DNA of 59,268 nt from a virus (taxonomy: Duplodnaviria > Caudoviricetes). This document shows, one piece after another, positions 18,124-27,830 of this stretch. Location of the stretch: IMG/VR virus record IMGVR_UViG_3300028024_000010, positions 1 through 59,268 of that record, one strand, 5' to 3'. The notes under the pieces were generated by a model. It searched no databases and had not been told where the DNA came from. It saw only the letters and a list, made by a program, of their open reading frames with translations. Numbering within the stretch: position 1 is the stretch's first letter; each line of letters opens with the position of its first letter. A program made the position numbers and the translations under genes.

Positions 18124-18658
18124 GGTCGCCGTGAGAAGATTCATTGGATTAAAACATCAACAGGACATTCCTTCGCTCACACCGGCCGAGATGGAGAAAT
18201 TCTGGCACCGCGTGGACAGGTCCGCGGGATGGGGATGTTGGCGCTGGTTGGGTGGATCGAACGGCGGCCGGCCAGTGATCGTGGTTGCTGGCAGGAAGTT
18301 CTTTGCGCGCCGGGTGTCCTGGGCGCTGATCCGGGGCGAATCGATCGACGGCTTGGATATTCGAATGAGTTGCCACGACTCCAAGTGCGTTAATCCTTGG
18401 CACATGAGCCTATCGACGCGCGTCGAGACTGCCCGGGACAACGGCAAGTTAGGCAGAGCCGCTTACGGAGATCGGGCCGGTGCGGCCAAGCTTACTGAGG
18501 AGCAGGTGTCTCGTATTAGACGTCTGCTTGCCATAAAGCTGCATGATTTTAACGATTTAGCGGCAATGTTCGGTGTCAACAAAGAGACCATTAGAGCGAT
18601 TGCCAAAGGCCGTACATGGAAGCGCAATGATCAAGCTATTGACAAACGGGCGCCTTAA
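18098..18658 (+). CDS. HNH homing-endonuclease-like protein, possibly catalytically degenerate
   Basis: FW..VD..GCW.W.G, C....CVNPWH, AKLTEEQV..I HTH; the usual HR and LH residues are replaced by RR and RM. Confidence 0.75.
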   Translation: MWHRSIESEVAVRRFIGLKHQQDIPSLTPAEMEKFWHRVDRSAGWGCWRWLGGSNGGRPVIVVAGRKFFARRVSWALIRGESIDGLDIRMSCHDSKCVNPWHMSLSTRVETARDNGKLGRAAYGDRAGAAKLTEEQVSRIRRLLAIKLHDFNDLAAMFGVNKETIRAIAKGRTWKRNDQAIDKRAP

Positions 18659-18668
18659 CCATCAGTAT
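18639..18668 (+). promoter_or_regulatory. Putative late promoter (pR'-like)
   Basis: TTGACA at 18639 with a weak -10 (CAGTAT), followed by hairpins and a terminator. Confidence 0.5.
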
Positions 18669-18717
18669 CTAGTGGCGCTGGGATAGCTGCGCCTAAATCG
18701 AAGTGCCGCACATCCCC

Positions 18718-18754
18718 AAAGCCCCGAGCCTCATGGCTGGGGCTTTTGCTTTTT
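18718..18754 (+). terminator. Intrinsic terminator ahead of the late genes (tR'-like)
   Basis: AAAGCCCC-GAGCC-TCAT-GGCT-GGGGCTTT hairpin followed by a T-rich tail. Confidence 0.75.
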
Positions 18755-18764
18755 CGGAGATGGC

Positions 18765-19103
18765 ATGACGAAGCGACGGCTGGTTACCCTGTCCAGCCGG
18801 GTGCAGCCGCTGCGCCAGCCGTTAATGGCGCCAAGGCCGAAGCAACGTGACCCATTCTACGGCAGTCCGGAATGGCGCCAGCTGATCGCCGGGATCGTCA
18901 AGGCGCGCGGCCGGCGCTGCGAGGAATGCACCCGGACCCATGACAGCGAAGGCAAGCCGATCCGTGTCTTCGGTGACCATATCGTCGAGCTGAAGGACGG
19001 CGGCGCGCCGCTGGAAGACAGCAATATCAAGCTCTTATGCGGCAGCTGCCATACCATCAAGACGAACGCGAAGCGCGCCGAACGCGCGGCGAAAGTCTGG
19101 TGA
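18765..19103 (+). CDS. Terminase-associated HNH endonuclease (HK97 gp74-like)
   Basis: FY.S.EW, CEEC, DHIVEL..GG, N...LCGSCHTIKT. Confidence 0.9.
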   Translation: MTKRRLVTLSSRVQPLRQPLMAPRPKQRDPFYGSPEWRQLIAGIVKARGRRCEECTRTHDSEGKPIRVFGDHIVELKDGGAPLEDSNIKLLCGSCHTIKTNAKRAERAAKVW

Positions 19104-19127
19104 CAATCGATTTGCAAGCAATTGCAA

Positions 19128-19201
19128 GGGGATGGGGGTTTAATTCTGCGATGCCGAACAGGTGCTAGGACCGCGTCGGTGGCATGCGCAGAAAATTTTT
19201 C
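19128..19201. other. Putative cos region
   Basis: Between HNH and terS; G-run, then GACCGCG, then GCGCAGAAAATTTTT, an arrangement typical of HK97-like cos phages. Confidence 0.45.
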
Positions 19202-19261
19202 GTCCGCCGAAATTCCGGGCCCTGCGCTCGGTTTGTGCACAAATTGGAGAATTCGCAAATC

Positions 19262-19678
19262 ATGGCTGGAAAGCGGAAAGCAGCTTTCAGGCCGACGGCT
19301 GTGCAGCGTCGTGACGTCATGCTCTTCAAGGCCGGCGGCATGTCGGATGATGGCATCGCGACCGAACTAGGCATCTGCCGCAATACCCTGCTGAAGCATT
19401 TTGCGATCGAACTCGCCGCCGCACATCAGAAGGAAATGGCGGCGAATCTCAGGCGGCTGCGCAAGGCAGCAAACGCTGGCAATGTCACGGCGATACGCCA
19501 TCTTGATCACAAGTTCGGCCTGGTCGCCGCCGAGGATGCCTTCACCGGCGACAGCAGGAGAGAACCCAGGTCGACCGTCAAGGGCAAGAAGGAACAGGCC
19601 GCCGACGCGGCGGAAACGGCCGGCGTTGGCACCGGCTGGGGCAATGATCTGAAAACGCCGGGTACGCGCGTGAACTGA
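19262..19678 (+). CDS. terS: Terminase small subunit
   Basis: HTH IATELGICRNTLLKHF, GNVTA, GKKE; TGATG coupling to terL. Confidence 0.8.
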   Translation: MAGKRKAAFRPTAVQRRDVMLFKAGGMSDDGIATELGICRNTLLKHFAIELAAAHQKEMAANLRRLRKAANAGNVTAIRHLDHKFGLVAAEDAFTGDSRREPRSTVKGKKEQAADAAETAGVGTGWGNDLKTPGTRVN

Positions 19679-21369
19679 TGGGCGCCTGGCTGACGGCCTG
19701 CCCGGATTGGGAACAGCGGTTCCTCTGCGGGCAGACGCTCGTGCCAGACCTGCCACTCTTTACCGAAGAGGCGGCAAAGGCGCTCCGCGTCTATAAGCGG
19801 CTTCGTGTGCCCGATATGCATGGCAAGCCGACGCTCGGCGAAGTATCCGGACCCTGGGTCTTCCCGATCGTTGAAGCGATCTTTGGATCCTACGATCCAG
19901 ACAACAATGTCCGGATGATCCAGGAGTTTTTCTGGGTCATCCCAAAGAAAAACGGCAAGTCATCATCAGCCGCCGCGATCATGGTCGAGGCTCTGATCCT
20001 GAACCGGCGCCCCGAGGGCGAATATATCCTCGTCGCGCCGACCAAGGGTGTTGCTGACATCGTCTTTTTGCAAGCGTCGGGCACCATTCGGGCCGACCCA
20101 GAGCTGGAAAAGCTCTTTCAGCTCCAACCGCATATCAGAAAAATCACACATCGGCGCACCGGCGCCACGCTGCAGGTCAAGGCAGCCGATACCGACGTCA
20201 TCACCGGCGGCAAGCAGGTCGGAACGCTGATCGATGAAACGCACGTCTTTGCCGATAAGGCGGCAGCAGCAGAGATCTTCATCGAGATCCGCGGGGCCAT
20301 GGCGGCGCGCCCGGATGGGTTCCTGATCCAAATCACGACCCAATCGAAGAGCCCGCCGGCGGGCGTTTTCAAAGCGGAACTAACCAGAGCCCGCGACGTC
20401 CGCGATGGCAAATTGATTCTGCCGCTGCTGCCGATCATCTATGAGCTGCCGCAAAGTCTTGGCCGTGAAGCGTGGAAAGACGAGCGTTATTGGAGCCTGA
20501 TTAATCCAAACCTGAACCGCTCGGTGAGCCTCGATTTTCTCCGTCGCGAGCTGGAAAGCGCGGAACGGCAGGGAGCCGCACAGCTCGCGCTGTTCGCATC
20601 GCAGCATTTCGATGTCGAGATCGGCATTGGCCTGCAGACGGACCGCTGGGCTGGTGCCGATTATTGGGAACAGAGGGCTGATACTTCGCTCACCCTCAAT
20701 GAGCTGCTCGATCGTAGCGAGGTCGTAACGGTCGGCATCGATGGCGGCGGCCTCGACGACTTGCTCGGCTTGGCCGTGCTCGGGCGCGAGAAGAAGACGC
20801 GCCGTTGGCTGCTGTGGACGCATGCCTGGGCGCACCCGATCGTGCTGGAGAGACGCAAGGAGATCGCGCCGCGTCTCCTGGATTTCGAGAAAGATGGCGA
20901 TCTTACGCTGGTCGGCGAGATCGGTCAGGACGTGATCGGTGTCTGCAGCATCATCGAGATCATCGAGCGCCGTGGGTTGCTGCCGGAAAAGGAAGGAATC
21001 GGCGTCGACAGGGCCGGCATCACTGAGATTGTCGATGCCCTGGCGCGCCGAGGCTTTTCTGCCGATCAGGGCGGCATGATCGTCGCCGTGCAGCAGGGCT
21101 GGGCTCTGACGCCCACGATCAAGACGGCAGAACGGCAATTGGCGGGCCCGTATTTCGCTCATAGCGGCTCGCGGTTGATGGACTGGTGCGTCGGCAACGC
21201 GAAGGTTGAACCTAAAGGCAATGCGATCCTGATCACAAAGCAGGTCTCCGGCTCGGCCAAGATTGATCCACTGATGGCGACCTTTGATGCGGTCGCCTGC
21301 ATGGCTCTGAACCCCGAGGCGGCCGGCGCCTTCATCTACAACGAACGCGACGCAATCATCCTTGCTTGA
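19678..21369 (+). CDS. terL: Terminase large subunit
   Basis: IPKKNGKS Walker A, LIDETH Walker B, GIDGGGLDDL nuclease motif, KIDP. Confidence 0.95.
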   Translation: MGAWLTACPDWEQRFLCGQTLVPDLPLFTEEAAKALRVYKRLRVPDMHGKPTLGEVSGPWVFPIVEAIFGSYDPDNNVRMIQEFFWVIPKKNGKSSSAAAIMVEALILNRRPEGEYILVAPTKGVADIVFLQASGTIRADPELEKLFQLQPHIRKITHRRTGATLQVKAADTDVITGGKQVGTLIDETHVFADKAAAAEIFIEIRGAMAARPDGFLIQITTQSKSPPAGVFKAELTRARDVRDGKLILPLLPIIYELPQSLGREAWKDERYWSLINPNLNRSVSLDFLRRELESAERQGAAQLALFASQHFDVEIGIGLQTDRWAGADYWEQRADTSLTLNELLDRSEVVTVGIDGGGLDDLLGLAVLGREKKTRRWLLWTHAWAHPIVLERRKEIAPRLLDFEKDGDLTLVGEIGQDVIGVCSIIEIIERRGLLPEKEGIGVDRAGITEIVDALARRGFSADQGGMIVAVQQGWALTPTIKTAERQLAGPYFAHSGSRLMDWCVGNAKVEPKGNAILITKQVSGSAKIDPLMATFDAVACMALNPEAAGAFIYNERDAIILA

Positions 21370-21375
21370 GGCGAA

Positions 21376-22704
21376 ATGAGCTTCCTGAAACGACTGTTCA
21401 GCCGCGACGCTGCGACGGGCGAGCGCATCTCTGCGCCCGAAGCAAAAGCAGCAGCGGCCGAGGGCGGCACCTGGTCGGGTGGTACGTTCGGGGCGCCGTC
21501 ACTGGCCGGCTCCGTCCGATCGCTGACTGGCGTCACCATGAATCAGGTGACAGCCCTGCAAGTCTCGACGGTCTTTGCCTGCGTCTCGATCCGTGCCGAG
21601 GATGTCGCGCGCTGCACCGCCAGGCTCTTCCGCCAGCTGCCGGACGGCGACAGGGCGGAAATTGGCCCGAAGCAGCACCCGATCGCCATGCTGCTGAAAC
21701 GCCCGAACGATTTTCAGACCTGGTTCCAGTTCGTCGAGCAGATGGAACTCAATAGCCTGCTGCACCACAACGCCTATGCAGTGAAGCTCTATGATCGCCG
21801 TGGCAATATCGAGGAAGCGATACCGATAAACCCGGCGCAGGTCATCATGATGGCCGGGCCGGATGGCAGGCTGATGTATAACGTCGCGCGCCTCGGCCTT
21901 TGGGAGCAGGCGAAGCTGGTCGATTATGGCCCGGTCATCGCCGCCGAGGACATGATCCATCTGCGCGGCCTGACTTTGAACACGCTGCTCGGCTATTCGC
22001 GGATGCAGCTGGCGCGGGAAGCAATCGGCCTTGCCATGGCGCAGGAACAGCAGGCTGCGCGGTGGATCGGTAACGGCGCCCGGCCCTCCGGTGTGCTGAA
22101 GACCGACAAATCGCTGACCCAGGAAGGAGCCGATCGGCTGAAGTCGGTTTGGCGGACGCTGACCGCCGGCTTGAACAATACCGGCGCTACTCCTGTGCTG
22201 GAGAACGGCCTCAGCTGGGAAAAACTCGGCATGAATTCCGTCGATATGGAATTCTCCCAGTCCCGCAAGGATCAGATCCTGGAAATCTGCCGCTTCTTCC
22301 GGATGCCGCCGCATAAGGTCGGCATGATGGACGGTGTCGCCAAGGCCTCGCTTGCCCAGCAGGACCAGGATTACGTCAACAACACGATCATGCCGGACCT
22401 CGAGCGCTGGGAGACAAGCCTGGAGCGTGCCTTCGATCTCGACCTTTCAGATTATGAGATCGATTTCGATGAGACGCAGCTCGCCCGGGCCGATGTCCAG
22501 ACCCGCTATACCAACTATCGCACCGGCATCATGAGCGGCTTCCTCAAGCAGAACGAAGCCCGCAAGGCCGAGAATCTCAAGCAGGACCCGGACGGCGACA
22601 AGCTGCTGGTTCCATCGAGCATGGTGCCGCAGGGCAGCGACATCAATGGATCGGCCGACGACGGGGCCGGCCGTCCGCCCGCAGGTCAATCCGAGAAGGT
22701 GTGA
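21376..22704 (+). CDS. Portal protein (HK97 type)
   Basis: VFACV, RPN, NGARPSGVL, EICRFFRMPP, NEAR. Confidence 0.95.
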   Translation: MSFLKRLFSRDAATGERISAPEAKAAAAEGGTWSGGTFGAPSLAGSVRSLTGVTMNQVTALQVSTVFACVSIRAEDVARCTARLFRQLPDGDRAEIGPKQHPIAMLLKRPNDFQTWFQFVEQMELNSLLHHNAYAVKLYDRRGNIEEAIPINPAQVIMMAGPDGRLMYNVARLGLWEQAKLVDYGPVIAAEDMIHLRGLTLNTLLGYSRMQLAREAIGLAMAQEQQAARWIGNGARPSGVLKTDKSLTQEGADRLKSVWRTLTAGLNNTGATPVLENGLSWEKLGMNSVDMEFSQSRKDQILEICRFFRMPPHKVGMMDGVAKASLAQQDQDYVNNTIMPDLERWETSLERAFDLDLSDYEIDFDETQLARADVQTRYTNYRTGIMSGFLKQNEARKAENLKQDPDGDKLLVPSSMVPQGSDINGSADDGAGRPPAGQSEKV

Positions 22705-22705
22705 G

Positions 22706-23989
22706 ATGAACAAGAAATTCGCTAACGCCGCCGTCGTGAAGAGCGAAGGTCTGGGCGATAGGCAGATTCGCGCCCGCGCCTCGGATGCGACGGTCGATAT
22801 GGTCGGCGATATCCTGATCCCGAAGGGCTGCTCGCTGCGCGGCAATACGCAGACGGTCAAGGTCTTCGCTGATCACGAATCGAAGATCGCCAACACGCTC
22901 GGCAGCGCTGAGGTGACGATCACTGATAAGTCGGTCGATGCCGTCATCACCTTCCTGGAGAAGGGCATCAGTCCGCTCGCCGATCTTGCATGCGAGCTCT
23001 ACAAGTCCGGCGTCCTGACCGATGTCTCCGTGGGCTTCGATCCGGAAGAGGCCGAACCGCGGCGGGGCGGCGGCATCATCTTCACTAAGTGGAAGTTCCT
23101 CGAGCTTTCCTGTGTCGGCATCGGCTGCAACGAGAACGCCGTGACGACCGCGAAATCCGCCGGGCATGAGGGCGCCCATTTCTGGCTGGAGGCCGACGAG
23201 CATATGACGCGCGAAGCGATCGCCAGGGCCGGTGAAGTGCTCAAGGCATGGCTTGCGGACCCCTCGACACCGCTGGTGCTCGACAAGGGCCTCCATCTGA
23301 AATCGACCATTGCCACGAAGGCCGACGAGACCGATTGGCGTGTCGGCGCCTCGGGTGACCTGCCGCTTGGCGACGATGGTACCTGGGACGGCCCGGCGGC
23401 CGCCAAGAAGATGCTCGACGATGCCGCGGGCGAAGACGGCACGATCGATGTCGACAAGGCGAAGCGCGGCTTCCTGGTCTATGACCTGAAGAACGCCACC
23501 GAGCGCGGCGGCTACAAACTGCCCTTTGCCGAGCTGATCGACGGCGAGCTGAAGGCCATGCCGGGTGGCCTCCGCGCCGCGGCATCCCGACTTTCCGGTA
23601 CCGATATCCCCGACGCAGCCAAGGAAAAGGCCCGGAGCGTCATCGATAGCTATGAGGCGAAGATGAAAAACGACAAGGCAATTGCCGAGATCAAGACGAA
23701 GCTGCTCGATCGTTTCAAGACCAAGGGCCTCTATGACGTGGCGCAGCTTGCCTGCCTGCTCGATCAGCTGGGCTGGCTGCAGTACTGCGCCGAAGATGAG
23801 GCGGAGTGGGAGGGTGACGATTCGCTGGTCCCCGGCATGCTCGCCAACCTGTTGCAAGCCGGTGCCGAGGCACTCATGGCGATGGCCAAGGAAGAGACCG
23901 ACGAAGCGCTGGCGATCGCCCTGCGCAAGACCGTGGCCCAGATCCGCACCAAGGAAGCAATCACCAAACGGGCGAAGAAAATCGCCTGA
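22706..23989 (+). CDS. HK97-type prohead protease with a long C-terminal extension
   Basis: D..GD.L, VFADH, SVGF and ELSCV..N in the first ~150 aa; extra WDG..YKLPFA domain. Confidence 0.85.
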   Translation: MNKKFANAAVVKSEGLGDRQIRARASDATVDMVGDILIPKGCSLRGNTQTVKVFADHESKIANTLGSAEVTITDKSVDAVITFLEKGISPLADLACELYKSGVLTDVSVGFDPEEAEPRRGGGIIFTKWKFLELSCVGIGCNENAVTTAKSAGHEGAHFWLEADEHMTREAIARAGEVLKAWLADPSTPLVLDKGLHLKSTIATKADETDWRVGASGDLPLGDDGTWDGPAAAKKMLDDAAGEDGTIDVDKAKRGFLVYDLKNATERGGYKLPFAELIDGELKAMPGGLRAAASRLSGTDIPDAAKEKARSVIDSYEAKMKNDKAIAEIKTKLLDRFKTKGLYDVAQLACLLDQLGWLQYCAEDEAEWEGDDSLVPGMLANLLQAGAEALMAMAKEETDEALAIALRKTVAQIRTKEAITKRAKKIA

Positions 23990-24022
23990 GCCTTTCCGGC
24001 AGGCCGCCGGATAGCCCGTTCC

Positions 24023-24039
24023 GCCCTTGGGCAAGGCAG
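24023..24039 (+). promoter_or_regulatory. 17-bp leader motif, copy 1, upstream of the major capsid gene
   Basis: GCCCTTGGGCAAGGCAG, identical at 32767-32783. Confidence 0.6.
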
Positions 24040-24080
24040 CAGCGACGTGATGTCGCCGCGTCCCAACGAAGGAGCCTCTT

Positions 24081-25367
24081 ATGGCCAAGAAGCGAGCTGA
24101 GCTGGAAGCCAAGCGCATCCAGCTCTCCGATCGCATGAACGCGATCGCCGAGATGCCGGCGGCTGAAATGACGCCGGAAGTCCAGAAGGAGTTTGATACC
24201 GCGGAGAAGGATATTGAGGCGCTCGATACCGAAATCTCCAATCTTGACCGCGCCTTCCGCGCCAGCGCTGCCAAGGCGAAACCGGTCGGTGGCGGCGCTC
24301 AGCCGGCTACCGTGCCGGCCAAGGCCAAGGGCGAGGACTATCCGGTCGGCCGGTATGTGAAGTCGCTCTATGCCGGCCATGGCAATATGTTCCAGGCGGC
24401 AGAGCATGCCCAGCGCACTTATGGTGATGACGATATCGTCACCAAGGCGCTGAGCACGGCAGTCGCGGCTGACGGCGGCGCGCTGGTGCCGGAAGACTTC
24501 GCCGACCAGGTGATCGAGCTGCTGCGCCCGGCGACCGTCGTCCGTTCCAGCGGCCCCGTCGTCGTGCCGATGCCGCGCGGCACCATGCGCATGGCCCGCC
24601 AGACCTCTGGCGTCGCCGGCAGCTACGGTTCCGAGGGCGGCGCGCTCTCGGCCGAGCAGATGAAGGTCGATGATATCGTCGCGACCTTCAAGAAGCTGCG
24701 CGTCCTGACCCCGATCAGCAACGATCTGCTGCGTTATGCTTCGCCGCAGACCGATCGCATGGTCCAGCAGGACATCGTCCTCGGCCTGGCCCGCACGGAA
24801 GATTTTGCCTTCCTGCGCGGCGACGGTACTCAGGACTATCCGACCGGCCTGAAAACCATCGCTACCCGTGCCGCCAACAGCTTCGCGAGTAACGGCACGC
24901 CGACGCTGGATACCGTTTCGGCTGAGCTCAATAATGCCATCCTGAAGCTCCAGCAGGCCAATATTCCGATGTTGAGCCCGGCTTGGTTCTTCAATCCGCG
25001 CACGGAGCTCTATCTCAAGAACCTGAAGAATGCGAACGGGTTCTACGTCTACAAAGACGAGATGAGCGAGAGCAAGACCTTGCTCGGCTATTCGTTCAAA
25101 TCGACGACCGCGATCCCGGCCAACCTCGGCGGCGGCGGCGACGAATCGGAGGTTTATTTCTCCGATATGTCGCAGCTGATGATCTTCGATTCTCTCGCCC
25201 TCGGTCTCGCGATGTCGACTGACGCCACCTACACGGCGTCGGACGGTTCGCAGCGTAACGCCTTCGAGCGCGACGAGACGCTGATCCGCGGTATCGCCGA
25301 GCATGATTTCCACGCCCGGCATGATACCGCCGCCGCCTTGATCACCGCCGTCAAGTGGAAGTTCTAA
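24081..25367 (+). CDS. Major capsid protein (HK97 fold with delta domain)
   Basis: Coiled-coil N-terminus, GGALVPED, ISNDLL, EDFAFLRGDG. Confidence 0.95.
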   Translation: MAKKRAELEAKRIQLSDRMNAIAEMPAAEMTPEVQKEFDTAEKDIEALDTEISNLDRAFRASAAKAKPVGGGAQPATVPAKAKGEDYPVGRYVKSLYAGHGNMFQAAEHAQRTYGDDDIVTKALSTAVAADGGALVPEDFADQVIELLRPATVVRSSGPVVVPMPRGTMRMARQTSGVAGSYGSEGGALSAEQMKVDDIVATFKKLRVLTPISNDLLRYASPQTDRMVQQDIVLGLARTEDFAFLRGDGTQDYPTGLKTIATRAANSFASNGTPTLDTVSAELNNAILKLQQANIPMLSPAWFFNPRTELYLKNLKNANGFYVYKDEMSESKTLLGYSFKSTTAIPANLGGGGDESEVYFSDMSQLMIFDSLALGLAMSTDATYTASDGSQRNAFERDETLIRGIAEHDFHARHDTAAALITAVKWKF

Positions 25368-25423
25368 CCGTCAGCTAACCGGCTGGGCGGCGAGACCCGC
25401 CCATCCGAACAGAGGAGATTACT

Positions 25424-25894
25424 ATGCAGCGGATTCTCGCTACCGATCCGGGCAGCGTGCTGAAGGCGGTCATCGCCAGCACGATCCAGGATGTCACCGC
25501 CGGCGCCACGCCGGATAATCACAACGTCACCGGGCTTGCCATCGACCGGGAAGCCATGCGCATGCCGCCCGCGGCTGTGCTGACGATCCTGTTCGAGGCG
25601 GTCCTCGCTGCGGCGAAGACCCTCAGCATCAAGAGCGTCTCGATCCAGCACAGTGATGATGGGGCGACCAATTGGGCGACCTATCTGACGCTGACCGATC
25701 CCGGTGTCGTCGCCACCGGCCAGAGCGGCGGCTCGACCGAGCGCGGGCAGGTGCAGAACAGCGTCAATCTGTCCGGTGCGAAGCGCTGGGTGCGCGCGAT
25801 GTTCACGCCGGACCTGTCGGCGACCAATACCGACACCTGCGAAGTGGTGAGCGAGCTCATCTTCACCGGCTTCGACACGATCCCGCACGTCTAA
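25424..25894 (+). CDS. Probable head decoration protein
   Basis: Follows the capsid gene; IQHSDDG..W and KRWVR beta-rich motifs. Confidence 0.65.
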   Translation: MQRILATDPGSVLKAVIASTIQDVTAGATPDNHNVTGLAIDREAMRMPPAAVLTILFEAVLAAAKTLSIKSVSIQHSDDGATNWATYLTLTDPGVVATGQSGGSTERGQVQNSVNLSGAKRWVRAMFTPDLSATNTDTCEVVSELIFTGFDTIPHV

Positions 25895-25955
25895 GCGCTG
25901 CGGTGAGCCTGGCCGGCGCCATCCCGGCGCCGGCGCCTTCCTTCGGAGTTTCCTC

Positions 25956-26120
25956 ATGGTTGTCGAGTTCCAGAAGACCGTTACCCCCTATGTGAAGGGC
26001 GACGTTGCGGAGATCCGTGACGATGCCGCCAAAGGCCTGATTGAAAGGGGTGCGGCGAAAAGCTATCAGACCCGCGATGCGCGTCCCGCCGAGAACCGGC
26101 AGCGTCAGGCCGGTCAGTAA
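25956..26120 (+). CDS. Small head-associated protein (54 aa)
   Basis: Manual translation MVVEFQKTVTPYVKGDVAEIRDDAAKGLIERGAAK...; GGAG RBS. Confidence 0.7.
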   Translation: MVVEFQKTVTPYVKGDVAEIRDDAAKGLIERGAAKSYQTRDARPAENRQRQAGQ

Positions 26121-26131
26121 GGCCCAGAACG

Positions 26132-26803
26132 ATGCGGGTCGTCAGCACGGTCCTGACGCCAGCCGGCAGCGCCGCGCTGACGACCTGGTCGGATGTCCAG
26201 CTTGAACTCGGCTTGGCCGACGCGGCTCAGGCATGGACGGAGAAGGCCATCACGCGGGTGAGCGCCATTATCGCCCAATATTGCAACCGCGTTTTCGGAT
26301 TGCGCACTGTCCAGGATGAATTCCTCGCCGATTTCCAGCCCTTCGACTGGCAATACCCCGATGCGCGAGAAGAGCTCCGGCTTTCGTCGTTTCCGGTTCT
26401 GTCAACCATATCAGTGACGCTGGACGGCGATGACATTGCGGAAGGCGTCGATTATCGCCTCGACAAGACGAACGGCAAGCTGCTGCGCCTCGATGTCGCC
26501 GGCGATGTCAGTAAATGGGCCGCTCGGCCGGTGATCGCCGTCTATGAAGCCGGTTTTATCCTGCCGACCGATAGCGGATATATCGCCGGCGACGCCTCAG
26601 CCCTGCCGGCCGATATCCAGGACGCGGCGATTTCGCTGGTGAGGGCCCGGCACTTCGCCCGCAAGCGTGATCCGCTGCTGAAATCCGAGGACGTGCCGGA
26701 TGTCGGCGCAGCGCAATATTGGATCGGCTCGGTCGGCGACAAGCAGATGCCGAGCGACATCGCTGCCATTCTGGACAATTACCGGGTCGGCGTCGTCGCA
26801 TGA
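26132..26803 (+). CDS. Head-tail connector (adaptor)
   Basis: YCNR.F, Y.AG, LPADIQDA, LDNYR motifs. Confidence 0.85.
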   Translation: MRVVSTVLTPAGSAALTTWSDVQLELGLADAAQAWTEKAITRVSAIIAQYCNRVFGLRTVQDEFLADFQPFDWQYPDAREELRLSSFPVLSTISVTLDGDDIAEGVDYRLDKTNGKLLRLDVAGDVSKWAARPVIAVYEAGFILPTDSGYIAGDASALPADIQDAAISLVRARHFARKRDPLLKSEDVPDVGAAQYWIGSVGDKQMPSDIAAILDNYRVGVVA

Positions 26804-27171
26804 GTCCCGAAGAAGCGATCAGCATGCTGGATCGGCAGCTGGCTAATAATGGCAAGACCGTCACGGTCAAGAAACGGATCGATGGCAGCCTGACGAATCT
26901 CGAGCAGTACACTTGCAAGACCATGCACCGGACCTGGACCAAGGGGCGCGGTAGCGATGAGCTGGCCGGTGGTGTCCAGCAGCAATATGTTCTCGTCGTT
27001 TTCTCGCCAACCGATATCCCGGCAGGTTTCGGCACGGCTGCCGGCGGCCAGCAATGGCCCGATGTTGGCGACATCATTAGCGCCGATGGGCGCGACCGGG
27101 AAATAAAGGCCAGCAACCCTATCAAAATGGATGACGTCCTGGTCAGGATCAATTGTCAGCTGGTCGGCTGA
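26800..27171 (+). CDS. Head closure/stopper protein
   Basis: Position after the adaptor; ATGA overlap. Confidence 0.65.
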   Translation: MSPEEAISMLDRQLANNGKTVTVKKRIDGSLTNLEQYTCKTMHRTWTKGRGSDELAGGVQQQYVLVVFSPTDIPAGFGTAAGGQQWPDVGDIISADGRDREIKASNPIKMDDVLVRINCQLVG

Positions 27172-27173
27172 CG

Positions 27174-27830
27174 ATGATCCATTCGACGGCGAAATGGTCC
27201 GGCTCGGTCGCTCGGCCCGAGCTGGCTTGGCGGGCCGACCCGATCTGGGCCGGTGAGACGGTGATCTGCATCGCCTCCGGCGCCAGCCTGACGCAGGCGG
27301 ATGTCGATCTCTGCCGCGGCCGCAGAGTGGTCGCCGTCAATGACTGCTGGCGCCTGGCACCCTGGGCGGACTGCCTGTTTGCCGCTGACGCTTCCTGGTG
27401 GCAGGCAAAGGGTCCGAAGCCGGAGGAATTCGTCGGCATGCGGGTGACGACGGACCGGACGAACCCGGCCGGCTGCAAAGTAATGCTCTGGAACCGGATG
27501 ACGGGATTGGCTGCCGATCGGCGCTATCTCTGCACCGGTGCCAATTCCGGTTACTCGGCCGTCAATCTGGCGGTCCACCTGAACAATGGCGCCGCACCGA
27601 TCGTGCTGCTCGGTTACGACATGACCGGCGCGCACTTCTTCGGCCGGCACCCGGAGCCGCTCCGCAATCCCGAAGAGTCGCATTTCCGGCAGTGGCGCGA
27701 GAACTTCGCAACGCTGGCCGAAGCCGCGGCCAGGCGGGACCGGCCGATCAAGATCATCAACGCGACGCGGGCCACGGCTTTGACGTGCTTTCCCCGCATG
27801 AGTTTGGAGCAAGCGCTTGCCCTATCCTGA
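27174..27830 (+). CDS. Maf/DUF115/CstII-like glycosyltransferase-fold protein
   Basis: ICIASGASL, VAVND, NSGYSAVNLA, IVLLGYDM, HFFG, IINAT. Confidence 0.65.
   Translation: MIHSTAKWSGSVARPELAWRADPIWAGETVICIASGASLTQADVDLCRGRRVVAVNDCWRLAPWADCLFAADASWWQAKGPKPEEFVGMRVTTDRTNPAGCKVMLWNRMTGLAADRRYLCTGANSGYSAVNLAVHLNNGAAPIVLLGYDMTGAHFFGRHPEPLRNPEESHFRQWRENFATLAEAAARRDRPIKIINATRATALTCFPRMSLEQALALS

Noticed and set aside
22643-25322. Long antisense ORFs (543 aa and 453 aa; also 1004..2314 on the plus strand)
   Set aside because: They shadow well-supported genes in GC-rich DNA and carry no recognisable motifs.
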